Positions 1 through 9,248 of a stretch of 64,000 nt of DNA are shown here, one piece after another. The notes under the pieces were generated by a model, which did no database searches, was not told the DNA's origin, and was given only the letters and a program-made list of their open reading frames with translations. Origin of the DNA: a virus; IMG/VR virus record IMGVR_UViG_3300037502_003888, positions 1 through 64,000 of that record; one strand, written 5' to 3'. Both the position numbers and the translations under genes were made by a program. How positions within the stretch are numbered: the stretch's first letter is position 1; the number at the start of each line of letters is the position of its first letter.

Positions 1-3000
1 CACGCTGTGGTAGAGGCCTGCTCCCACCAAGCCCCAGCTGCTGGTGCCCACTTGCAAGGGGCTGTTGGTGGGTGGAGGCCCATAGATCAAAGTAGGACTG
101 CTGCGCCATTGCCCCCCGAACAACGGATCGTTGAAAGGCGAGGGTGGGTAACCGGCATAGTAGGCCAGGCCGTCGTTTTTGATCCAGCCCATCCAGCTGC
201 CATCGCCTACAGGATTACGCATTATGCCAGTGTATTGCACGCCTCCGCCAACTGACACTGGGCTGCTACGGTCTATTTGCGTGCCATCGGCTAGAGGACC
301 ACCAAAATTATATCCCCAGGTGAATAGATTGTTGCCCTGTGTGATGCCGCTGCTGGCATAGGTTCCGTAGGGTCCCACAGCGATCCATGAACTGGAGCCG
401 ATCTGCACTGGACTGCTGCGATTTTGGGTGTCGCCGTCGCCCAGGCCACCATACGTACCAAATCCCCAGGCAAACAAGGTACCGCCCTGGCGTATGGCCA
501 TGCTGGTGCTGCCGCCCGCGGCCACGATTTGCCATGAACTGGTGCCGATCTGTACCGGACTCAAGGTCTGGCCCTGTGGCTGCCGGCCAGGTTGACCGTA
601 ATCGTTGTAGTCGCCAGTGCCCAAGAAGGTACCGCCCCAGACCCAGAGTTGCCCTGCGACCGCCTGTATGCCAGCTGCGTTGCGGCTGCCCATGCTCACC
701 ACAGAAAAACTGAGGTTGGCTGCGCTGCCTGCCACCTGTGACGGGCTGCTGCGGCTGGTGTATTCGTTGTTGCCTAGTCTGAAATTATCGTTGCGTCCCC
801 AGGTAAACATCGTGCCGAGATTGCGCACTGCCACGGTAGTGCTCTCGTACATGGACACCGCAGACCAAGAACTGGTACCAATCTGCACAGGGCTGCTGTA
901 TGACGTGATGTTGTTGGTGCCCAGCTGACCATATTGATTGTTGCCCCAGGTAAACAGCGTGCCACCTTGGCGTATGGCTGCCGCGGATTGGGTATCAGCC
1001 GAGATCACGGTCCAGCTGGATGTGCCGATCTGCACAGGACTGCTGACGTCGGTGGTACCTATCAACCCTGGCAAAGGTTGTATGGTGTCGGCGAATCTGC
1101 CCAGTTGTGGACCATTCCTGCCCCAGGTGAACACTCCGCCGGTGTTGCCTTTGGCAGCTGCAAAACCATAGTTCCAGCGTGATCCCGATATGAAAGCATA
1201 GTTGGTGCCGCCGCCCGCGATGGCCACGGGACTGCTGCGACCGCCCGAGCTAGGATCGTCTGTGGTGCCATCGCCTATGGATCCCTGCTGGTTGTAACCC
1301 CACCCAAATCCATTGCCGCCCTGGCGTATGGCATAGCTGGTGCGTCCACCGCTGCTGACTCCGGTCCAGCTGGATGTACCCACTTGTATGGGGCTGCTGC
1401 GGAATATCGTGTCGCCCAGGCCCAGTTCTCCATAGGTGTTGACACCCCAGGTAAACAGAGTGCCACCCTGGCGCACGGCCATGCTGTAGAGCTGTCCCGC
1501 GGCTATGGCGGTCCAACTGCTGTTGCCTATGGCCAGGGGGGTCAGGGCCGGCGTCTCGATGCCCACGGTCACTGGACTGGACGTGTTGGTATAGTTACCA
1601 ATGCCCAGTGTTGCGTTGGAGTTGTTGCCCCACATGTAGAGAATTCTAGTACTGGAGTTTATGCCTCCGGCAAAGTACCAGCCACTGCCCACAAAAGTCC
1701 AACTGCTGCTGCCGATCTGTGTGGGGCTGCTGCGGCTGGCATTGTTGTTGAGGCCCAGTTCGCCGCTCTGGCTGAGTCCCCAGGTAAACAGGCTGCCACC
1801 TTGGCGTATGGCATAGAAAGTGCTGCGCTGCCCACCTTTGCTGATGGCGGTCCAGGAACTGGAACCTATCAGCACCGGGCTGCTCTTGTTGACCCGTGTG
1901 CCGTCGCCCAGAGAACCGTTGAAGTTATCGCCCCAGGTAAACAGGCTGCCACCCTGGCGTATGGCCGCGGATATAGCAGCGCCACCGGCTACCTGTGTCC
2001 ATGAACTGGTGCCCACTTGTGTGGGACTGCTGCGATTGTTGAGATCGTTGGTGCCCAACTGCCCGCTGTTGTTGTAGCCCCAGGTGTAGAGACGTCCATC
2101 ATTGCGGATGCCCATGCTGTGGGATTGTCCTGCGCCAATGGTGGTCCAGGATTCAAACCCAATACTGTTCCAACCATAGGTGGGTGAAAAATTATTGCCG
2201 TTGCCCACAGCACCCCAGGTGTTGACACCGGTGCCCTGGATCTGACCGTTGCCGAACCTACGCAGCGAGTGGTTGTCGCCCATGGCTATTTCCACGATGT
2301 CACTGGTGATTGATGTGGGATTGGTTATTGTTGACCCGTTGTAGCCAATCTGGTAGCTACCGTCATTGCCCCAACCCCACTGGACGCCATTGGCGTCCCT
2401 GGCCATGCTGGAGTCAATGCCGGCCGCGACCTGGGTAAAACTAGCCGGTGTGCCACCTGTGAAGCTGGTGACCTCTGTGGGATAGGGATAGTTGGTGTAG
2501 TTGTTGGGCAACCCCAGGGAGTGATTATAATTCCATCCCCAACCATAGAGTTTTCCTTGGGAATCAATGGCATTGGTGGAATAGGCTCCACCCACCACGG
2601 CCAGCCAGCTTTTTTGCACACTGTCGATGATGCCACCGGTGCTGTCAAAAATGCCCAGCTGACCTTGATCATTGCCGCCCCAGGTATAGAGTCTGCCCGT
2701 GGTACTGAGAGCCATGGCATGGCTCTGTGCAGCAGCGACTTGGCTCCAGCTCACCCCAGCGCCGATCTGTACAGGACTGCTGCGTGTGATGCGAGTGCCG
2801 TCGCCCAACACAGCCCAGAGATAGTTGGGATAGTTGCCGGTATCGTTGGCGCCCACGCCCCACATCTGTCCGTCTTGGCGTATGGCCCAGACCTGGCCCT
2901 GGCCTGCCGTGACCGCGGTCCAGCTGTCGTTGTTGATCAAACTGGTAAAGGCCTGCACCGGAGTTGGACTGTAGTTGAATGGGCTCTGGGTGCCGTTGCC

Positions 3001-5730
3001 GCGCTGTCCTTCGGTGTTCATGCCCCAGAAATACAGCTTTTTGTCCAGCCCCAACGCATAGCTGAAGTACCAGCCTGCGCTGACAGCCGTGACACTGGTG
3101 TTCAGCAACACCGCCACTGGTGAACTGGTTTGAGTGTATGTGCCATCACCTAGCTGTCCGTAGCTGTTGGCACCCCAGGCATAGACTTTGCCATCGGGTT
3201 TGATGGCCAACATGTGATCCTGGCCTGATGACACTGATATCCAGCTTTCAAACACACTGGGAAGACCCGAGGTGTCAAAGTTGCCCAACTGTCCCTGTTC
3301 GTTGTTGCCCCAGCTGAACAGCCTACCGTCCTGGCGTATGGCCATGCTGAAACTGCGACCCGCTGCTATGGCTGTCCAGCTTGAAGTGCCGATCTGCACA
3401 GGACTGCTGCGGCTCGCAAGAGTTCCGTCGCCCAGCTGACCAAAATTGTTGCGTCCCCAGGCAAACAGCGTGCCGCCCTGGCGTATGGCCAACATGTGTC
3501 CTGACCCATTGATGGCCCGGCCCATGGCCACCTGGCTCCATGAACTGGTACCGATCTGCACCGGGGTGAGATATTCTGTGTAAGCCGAGCTACCATTGCC
3601 AGTCAAGCCGTCTTCGAACCGGCCCCAGACATAGAGCCCACCCGTGGTGGTGATACCGGCCGTGGAGCTGGGACCCACACTCAATGAGCTCCAGAGCTGG
3701 CTGCCTATCAGAATCGGGGACAGTTGCAGGGCATAGGTGTTGGCTCCGAGATATTCACCGTTGCCCCAACCATAGAGTCTCTGTGCCCGGATACCTATGC
3801 CAAAACTGTTGCCAATGCCTATGGCGCTCCAGCTGTCTATGCCATAGATCTGATTTCCCGAGCTGTCATAAAATCCCAGCTGACCACTGTTGTTGCGGCC
3901 CCAGGTAAACAGGCTGCCACCCTGGCGTATGGCCATGGCATGGCCATTGCCGGTGCTGATAGCGGACCATAGGCTGGTGCCCACCTGCGTGGGACTGCTG
4001 CGAGAGATGTTGTCGCCAAGCCCCAAAGGCACATTTAAGACGTCAGTGCCGGGGCCTCCCCAGGTAAACAACGCACCGTCGCTGCGTATGGCCGAAGAAA
4101 ATGAGCGGTTGGCCGATACTGCAGTCCAGCTACTGGCGCCGATCTGCACCGGACTATTATAAAATGCACTGTTATCGCTGGTGCCGTCCCCGATGACTCC
4201 GTTTTGCTGATATCCCCAGGCAAATAGGGTACCGCCCTGGCGTATGGCCAACACATGGCTGGGCCCAATGCTGACTGCAGTCCATGATGAAGTGCCCACT
4301 GGGGCCAGTGGCAGAGAGTAGCTGCCTGTGCCCCAGGAAGTGCCTCCGATAAACAGCCGGCCGTCGGATCTGATGGCCGCGGCCGCAAATGTAGACCAAG
4401 TAGACACAAAAGTCCAGCTCTGGGAAATGTTGCCCAGGGGCTGCCCCAGTTCGCCATATGAGTTTTGGCCGCCCCAGGCAAACAAGTTACCACCCTGACG
4501 TATGGCCAAGGTGTGATAAGTGCCAGCCGAGACCATGTTCCAGCTGCTGTTGCCGATCTGCACAGGACTGCTGCGATGTTCGATAGTCTGGTCTCCCAGC
4601 TGACCAAAAGTGTTGTAGCCCCAGCCAAACAAGGTTCCACCCTGGCGTATGGCAAACATGGTTTGGGCACCACCGCTTTTATAGGCCAGTGATACCCAAG
4701 AGCTGGTACCGATCTGTGTGGGGCTGCTGCGGCGAACCTGGTCGCCCAAGCCCAAAGCTCCCCAAAAGTTAAAGCCCCAGCCAAAAATCCTGCCATCCTG
4801 TCTCAAGGCAAGGAAATTACCGTCAGAGTTCGCTGTGACCTGAGTCCAGTTACTGGTACCCAACTGCACTGGACTGCTATAGGACAAACTGGTGTTACTG
4901 CTGCCCGTACCCAGTAGACCATTTTGATTCAGTCCCCAAGTAAACAGTCTGTTGTCTTTGATGCCGGCACCAGCCTGAAGGGTAAAAGCCACTGATGTCC
5001 AGCTGCCTGTGCCTATGTCAATGATTCCTGCTGTGTTCCCAGCTGGTACTTTGCCGCCGTATCCGTCGCCCCACACAAACAAAGTGCCGCCCTGGCGCAC
5101 CGCGGCTATGGTAGCAGTGCCAGCGTTCACAGCCGTCCATGAACTGGTGCCGATCTGCACAGGACTGCTGCGGTATGTGCCGGTGCTGTCGCCATTGCCT
5201 AGCTGCCCGTTGCTGTTGTTGCCCCAGGCAAACAGGGTGCCGCCTTGCCGTATGGCCGCGGCAAAATCTCCCATGCTGCTGACCGTGGTCCAGCTGGAAG
5301 TGCCGATCTGATAGGGACTGCTGCGACTGATCGTGGTGCCATCGCCCACTTGTCCACTGTCGTTGAGGCCCCAGGCAAACAGGGTGCCGCCCACACGCAC
5401 AGCATAGGTAGCCGATCTTCCAATAGACACCGCTAGCCAGCTGGATGTGCCGATCTGTACCGGACTGCCGCGTGTGGTCAAGGTACCATCGCCCAGCTGT
5501 CCGTCGCTATTCAATCCCCAGGTCCACAGTGTGCTGTCACTGCGTATGGCCACAGTGTGGCTAGCGGTATCTATGCTGGCCCAACTGAGAGTGGTGTAGT
5601 TGTTGGGCGGGAATCCGGTGCTGGTATACTGACCCAGCTGACCATACACACCAGTGCCCCAGGTAAACAGATAATTTTCGCCTACGGCGGCGCCACCGGC
5701 GCCCATGAGAGTGGTTTCAAATAATAGCAT
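1..5730 (-). CDS. Giant RCC1/BLIP-II-repeat beta-propeller protein, putative receptor-binding or fibre protein (3'-partial, at least 1910 codons)
   Basis: ATG at 5730 abuts the stop of the upstream ORF. Manual translation gives MLLFETTLMGAGGAAVGENYLFTWGTGVYGQLG..., then repeats of the type AIRQGGTLFAWGxNxxGQLGDGxxxxRSSPVQIGTSSW. The same frame still reads ...LQVGTSSWGLVGAGLYHSV at position 1. Absence from the ORF track is consistent with no in-window stop. Confidence 0.9.
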   Translation of the reverse strand, partial: MLLFETTLMGAGGAAVGENYLFTWGTGVYGQLGQYTSTGFPPNNYTTLSWASIDTASHTVAIRSDSTLWTWGLNSDGQLGDGTLTTRGSPVQIGTSSWLAVSIGRSATYAVRVGGTLFAWGLNDSGQVGDGTTISRSSPYQIGTSSWTTVSSMGDFAAAIRQGGTLFAWGNNSNGQLGNGDSTGTYRSSPVQIGTSSWTAVNAGTATIAAVRQGGTLFVWGDGYGGKVPAGNTAGIIDIGTGSWTSVAFTLQAGAGIKDNRLFTWGLNQNGLLGTGSSNTSLSYSSPVQLGTSNWTQVTANSDGNFLALRQDGRIFGWGFNFWGALGLGDQVRRSSPTQIGTSSWVSLAYKSGGAQTMFAIRQGGTLFGWGYNTFGQLGDQTIEHRSSPVQIGNSSWNMVSAGTYHTLAIRQGGNLFAWGGQNSYGELGQPLGNISQSWTFVSTWSTFAAAAIRSDGRLFIGGTSWGTGSYSLPLAPVGTSSWTAVSIGPSHVLAIRQGGTLFAWGYQQNGVIGDGTSDNSAFYNSPVQIGASSWTAVSANRSFSSAIRSDGALFTWGGPGTDVLNVPLGLGDNISRSSPTQVGTSLWSAISTGNGHAMAIRQGGSLFTWGRNNSGQLGFYDSSGNQIYGIDSWSAIGIGNSFGIGIRAQRLYGWGNGEYLGANTYALQLSPILIGSQLWSSLSVGPSSTAGITTTGGLYVWGRFEDGLTGNGSSAYTEYLTPVQIGTSSWSQVAMGRAINGSGHMLAIRQGGTLFAWGRNNFGQLGDGTLASRSSPVQIGTSSWTAIAAGRSFSMAIRQDGRLFSWGNNEQGQLGNFDTSGLPSVFESWISVSSGQDHMLAIKPDGKVYAWGANSYGQLGDGTYTQTSSPVAVLLNTSVTAVSAGWYFSYALGLDKKLYFWGMNTEGQRGNGTQSPFNYSPTPVQAFTSLINNDSWTAVTAGQGQVWAIRQDGQMWGVGANDTGNYPNYLWAVLGDGTRITRSSPVQIGAGVSWSQVAAAQSHAMALSTTGRLYTWGGNDQGQLGIFDSTGGIIDSVQKSWLAVVGGAYSTNAIDSQGKLYGWGWNYNHSLGLPNNYTNYPYPTEVTSFTGGTPASFTQVAAGIDSSMARDANGVQWGWGNDGSYQIGYNGSTITNPTSITSDIVEIAMGDNHSLRRFGNGQIQGTGVNTWGAVGNGNNFSPTYGWNSIGFESWTTIGAGQSHSMGIRNDGRLYTWGYNNSGQLGTNDLNNRSSPTQVGTSSWTQVAGGAAISAAIRQGGSLFTWGDNFNGSLGDGTRVNKSSPVLIGSSSWTAISKGGQRSTFYAIRQGGSLFTWGLSQSGELGLNNNASRSSPTQIGSSSWTFVGSGWYFAGGINSSTRILYMWGNNSNATLGIGNYTNTSSPVTVGIETPALTPLAIGNSSWTAIAAGQLYSMAVRQGGTLFTWGVNTYGELGLGDTIFRSSPIQVGTSSWTGVSSGGRTSYAIRQGGNGFGWGYNQQGSIGDGTTDDPSSGGRSSPVAIAGGGTNYAFISGSRWNYGFAAAKGNTGGVFTWGRNGPQLGRFADTIQPLPGLIGTTDVSSPVQIGTSSWTVISADTQSAAAIRQGGTLFTWGNNQYGQLGTNNITSYSSPVQIGTSSWSAVSMYESTTVAVRNLGTMFTWGRNDNFRLGNNEYTSRSSPSQVAGSAANLSFSVVSMGSRNAAGIQAVAGQLWVWGGTFLGTGDYNDYGQPGRQPQGQTLSPVQIGTSSWQIVAAGGSTSMAIRQGGTLFAWGFGTYGGLGDGDTQNRSSPVQIGSSSWIAVGPYGTYASSGITQGNNLFTWGYNFGGPLADGTQIDRSSPVSVGGGVQYTGIMRNPVGDGSWMGWIKNDGLAYYAGYPPSPFNDPLFGGQWRSSPTLIYGPPPTNSPLQVGTSSWGLVGAGLYHSV

Positions 5731-6678
5731 TTAGGGCAGAGGCCACTGGATCTGGCCGTTGTTGTCTTCAAACTGCTGGGGTAAATCTCGCAGTCGCTGG
5801 CGATATGTTTGCCAACGTTGTTGCCATTCCGGAGTCATGCTGGCCTGCACATCGGGTGCCTGTGTCCAGTCACTGCGCAGCAACAACCGATTGCGCTGTA
5901 TGCGCAAACGATCAAGTTCGCTGCGGGGTATAGGATCTCCGATCTCTTCTAGATTTATCAGACCCTGGAGATGGTCTATGTGTCTCTGCATGAGTCTCTC
6001 GTGTTCTACAGCGAACCTCTCTCGATATTCGCGCACAGTGTCCACTATGGTGGCCTGCATGTTGGATTCTTGGCTGCGATATTCACGGATGATCTCACGA
6101 TCTATGGCAGCGTTGATCACATGCATGTGGCTGTCACGGATGTACTGGCCCATGGCAGCGGCAACTTGGTTTGTCAGTGCACCGAGGAAGGCTTGATCCT
6201 GGCTGAGATATGTGGCTATTTGTGTGGCTACCTGACTCTGTAGCGTGGTGGCCAAGGATTCACGTAGATTTTTACGCCACTCCTGGTCTTGCTGGGCGAT
6301 GTCCTCGGCTAGTTTGGCCAACGCAGCTTGGTTCATGGTGGATTCATAGCGGCTCAACTGGCTGCGTATGGTGGCCAGTTCCTGGTCACTCATCATGCGT
6401 TGATCCTCGGGGGTCGGCTCCGTGGGTTCAGAACGCGGCACTATCACTGCCGTGGCGTACACAGCATCGGTCCGAATCTCATATTGCCAATCCTGGACTG
6501 TTTGGGTTTCTGGATCAAATGCCTGATCATTTTTGATCACTGGGTACCAACCCAGTGTGGCCAAAAAAGCCAGATCGCTGGCCGCAGCCCTGAGGTTACT
6601 GACATGTCGCCAGTTCAATGGCAATACATCGTGGAACTCTGTGATCACTCCATTTTCAATCAATGCCCAATTTGCCAT
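5731..6678 (-). CDS. Tail fibre assembly chaperone-like protein with central coiled-coil insertion
   Basis: C-terminal LRIQRNRLLLRSDWTQAPD...WQTYRQRLRDLPQ...IQWP motif typical of phage tail-fibre chaperones; lies beside fibre genes. Confidence 0.75.
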   Translation of the reverse strand: MANWALIENGVITEFHDVLPLNWRHVSNLRAAASDLAFLATLGWYPVIKNDQAFDPETQTVQDWQYEIRTDAVYATAVIVPRSEPTEPTPEDQRMMSDQELATIRSQLSRYESTMNQAALAKLAEDIAQQDQEWRKNLRESLATTLQSQVATQIATYLSQDQAFLGALTNQVAAAMGQYIRDSHMHVINAAIDREIIREYRSQESNMQATIVDTVREYRERFAVEHERLMQRHIDHLQGLINLEEIGDPIPRSELDRLRIQRNRLLLRSDWTQAPDVQASMTPEWQQRWQTYRQRLRDLPQQFEDNNGQIQWPLP

Positions 6679-6690
6679 TTGTCTGTCCTG

Positions 6691-7146
6691 TTATCTGCTG
6701 TCGTTCATGGCCACGCAACCCCGCCACTTGCTGCCACCGTTGTCTGTGATAAACACCAAAACGCACACACCCACGAGAGTTGGTGCCACGCCGCCGGGCC
6801 AGCTCACACTGGGCCAGTTCTGTGTGTAGTCGCCGCCACCAGCCAGTTCCAGTATGAAACCACCGGCGTTGGGATCAGCGGGTGGATTGCTGAATGTCCA
6901 AGTCACTATGCCTGAGGCTGTGGCCGAGATGTAGTTGCCCAGTGTGAGGTCGATGGTCACAGAGCCGCTGACGCTGCCCAGCGCATTGTGTATCAGACCA
7001 TAATCTATTACCCTGGGGCGGCTCAGTATGCCGTCTGCGAGATTGATGTTGCCGGCCGCGACGTTGGCGCTAGCTGTAATGGCTACGACGTTGACTAGAT
7101 TCCTAGAATCATCGATGACTGTGGTACTACTGACTTTGATCGCCAT
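6691..7146 (-). CDS. Small tail-fibre-associated structural protein
   Basis: 151 aa, beta-rich; strong SD (AGGAGGAG) and TATAAATA upstream. Confidence 0.65.
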   Translation of the reverse strand: MAIKVSSTTVIDDSRNLVNVVAITASANVAAGNINLADGILSRPRVIDYGLIHNALGSVSGSVTIDLTLGNYISATASGIVTWTFSNPPADPNAGGFILELAGGGDYTQNWPSVSWPGGVAPTLVGVCVLVFITDNGGSKWRGCVAMNDSR

Positions 7147-7176
7147 CTTCGCTCCTCCTGTGTGAACTCGGCTGAG

Positions 7177-7184
7177 TATTTATA
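7177..7184 (-). promoter_or_regulatory. T4-type late promoter TATAAATA
   Basis: Exact T4 late consensus on the minus strand, overlapping the TAA stop at 7180-7182. Confidence 0.75.
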
Positions 7185-8151
7185 CCAAGGGCACAAAGCT
7201 AGATTCGGGCAGCAAGAAGTCTCGTATCTGGGGCATTTGCCATATCTCGCGCGGCAATCTATCATGATCATAGGGTCGAAGCACCTGAGTAACATCACCC
7301 GACGGTGGCATGCTGCCCGAAACCAATTCAAGACTTTGCAGGAATTCTTGATGGCGATGATCGCTGTAGGATCCCGTGCGCAAAAAACTGAGATCATCTT
7401 GATAGTGAGTGAAGTTGCGGGCTTTTTGCTGACGATGCTGAGACGTTCCCATCCAGCTGAAATGCCAACCTAGATCTTCCACTATGCGGTTGTTTTCTGT
7501 GATGTATTGCACTGGCCAGGGATTTTGATTGTTGCTGCGTATCTGCGTGGGTGTGGCCCGATCAAAGTGACTTTTCATGGCCAAAAACATGCCTCCGGCC
7601 CAGGGTATGGCCGCATTGGTGCGTCGATCATGTACCCTGAGATCAGCTCGACCCTGCAGATAAACCAGTGGTATTTTGACCACCACGCTGGGATTGCTGG
7701 TGCAGACTTCACAGAGATATTTGAGGTGCCGGGGATCTATGATCTCATCGCAGTCGCTGTGCAAAAACACAGTGTCTTTGGGAAATTGATGTAGTTCTAG
7801 CAACAAACTGTCTTTTTGTAGGCGCTCTCTGACCCTGGCACGCACATTGTCAATGTTGCCTTGATTGATCAGGCGATTGCTGTATATCTCATGGGTATTG
7901 AGATAATCGATCTCCATGACTGGCAGCGCAGATGCTGCGGGTATCTCTAGACGTTTTGCAGTAATGCGGTGCCTCAGTTCTGGCACTAGATCCAATACTT
8001 CCTCCAGTCCCTGCGGTGCGGGTTGACCTGCATGTGACACCGAACTCTCGGTGATGACAAAATGATCCACGTGGGCTGCCAACATCCGGAGATGCAACAA
8101 TGCGATCTCCTTGCAAGTGGGAGCATAAAACGTGAAGAAACTCACTAGCAT
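7180..8151 (-). CDS. GT17 (MGAT3-like beta-1,4-GlcNAc transferase) family glycosyltransferase
   Basis: Motifs FVITES, RERLQKD, SDCDEI, GWHFSWMG. Start re-assigned to ATG 8151 (MLVSFFTFY), overlapping the upstream TAG. Confidence 0.75.
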   Translation of the reverse strand: MLVSFFTFYAPTCKEIALLHLRMLAAHVDHFVITESSVSHAGQPAPQGLEEVLDLVPELRHRITAKRLEIPAASALPVMEIDYLNTHEIYSNRLINQGNIDNVRARVRERLQKDSLLLELHQFPKDTVFLHSDCDEIIDPRHLKYLCEVCTSNPSVVVKIPLVYLQGRADLRVHDRRTNAAIPWAGGMFLAMKSHFDRATPTQIRSNNQNPWPVQYITENNRIVEDLGWHFSWMGTSQHRQQKARNFTHYQDDLSFLRTGSYSDHRHQEFLQSLELVSGSMPPSGDVTQVLRPYDHDRLPREIWQMPQIRDFLLPESSFVPLV

Positions 8152-9248
8152 CGGATCAATACCGTGAGTCCGTTGTTCTGTGTGCGACGCAGATGCAGCC
8201 GCCACTGGCTGTTGGTGTCAAGAAACTGTTGTATGGCAAGATTCAAGCCTGGACCTGATCCCACTTCATCCCGGCTGCCAAAAGTTTCGGTGTCATGGAA
8301 CACCAGATATCGCCGTGCCCGACTGGCATGCAACGCCAGCTCTTGGCGTAGCTGATCATAATTGTGCAGAGTATCAATGAACAGCAGATCAGTTTCGTCG
8401 ATACCGATCTTCAACACATCGGCCTGGGCATATACCGCATCTCGTCCCAGGGTATTGGCCTGATCAAACAGCAGTTGGACACCTGCGTCTGGTCTGATGT
8501 CATAGGCACGCAACACCCGGCCACTGGCCAAAAAAGCCCGCGTGCTGACCCCAGTACGAACTCCCATCTCCGTGATGTGCTCACACTGTTCAGCCAGCTG
8601 CCTGAGAGTGGGCAGATGTTCGTTGATATCGCTGGGTCGATCGCAGGCCTCTTGATACTCCCGCTCAAAAAACAACTGCTGATCGCCTACCCTGCGCAAA
8701 TTAACCAACAGGGTGCGTTGATAGTTGGCATCCATGCTATGCCAGTGTCTATCAAAAAGATCTCGCAATAACTGTCGGCTGTGATCGTTCATGCCCCACC
8801 ACCAGGACGAAACACTGCGCTGGAAATCAAAAGCCCAAGAACCAGGATAACCCACTGTCACTGGCAATTCGCCCAAATCATGATCACAGAACTCAAGGGC
8901 CTGGCAACACAACAAATAACAGTCAGAGTGCTGACCGGTGCTTTCGTTGAATTTAGCTAGATACCAATAGGCCTCGGGCCTGCGTGGCAACAACACCATG
9001 GCTCGTTTGGCCAAACTGCGCACCGAAATGTGCCGGTGTCCTTGCTGTTCAAAACATTGAGCGGCCCGGATCAGACATGCATAACTCAGTGCATCATCAT
9101 GGCTGAGTTCAGCGGTCTTGACATAATAGGTTATGGCCGCAGCTGTGTGCCCGAGATCATGATACAAGGTGGCCAATCGTAGATTGATCCCGGGATCTTG
9201 TGTGGCATAGGCATATTCTCTGAGAGTCTGTTGCAAGTCACTCATCAA
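8145..9248 (-). CDS. TPR domain fused to class I SAM-dependent methyltransferase
   Basis: N-terminal TPR-like helices (LLPRRPEAYWYLA); C-terminal ITEMGVRTGVST, DLLFIDTLHNYDQL, VFHDT, NNGLTVL. Confidence 0.75.
   Translation of the reverse strand: MMSDLQQTLREYAYATQDPGINLRLATLYHDLGHTAAAITYYVKTAELSHDDALSYACLIRAAQCFEQQGHRHISVRSLAKRAMVLLPRRPEAYWYLAKFNESTGQHSDCYLLCCQALEFCDHDLGELPVTVGYPGSWAFDFQRSVSSWWWGMNDHSRQLLRDLFDRHWHSMDANYQRTLLVNLRRVGDQQLFFEREYQEACDRPSDINEHLPTLRQLAEQCEHITEMGVRTGVSTRAFLASGRVLRAYDIRPDAGVQLLFDQANTLGRDAVYAQADVLKIGIDETDLLFIDTLHNYDQLRQELALHASRARRYLVFHDTETFGSRDEVGSGPGLNLAIQQFLDTNSQWRLHLRRTQNNGLTVLIRC

Noticed and set aside
7-5436. Many short ORFs on both strands, including 4035-4796
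   Set aside because: Shadow frames of the RCC1 gene; they echo its repeat period and lack start signals.
1-5730. Diversity-generating retroelement acting on AAC-rich RCC1 loops
   Set aside because: No reverse transcriptase in the window and no near-identical template/variable pair differing only at adenines was seen; repeats differ at all bases.
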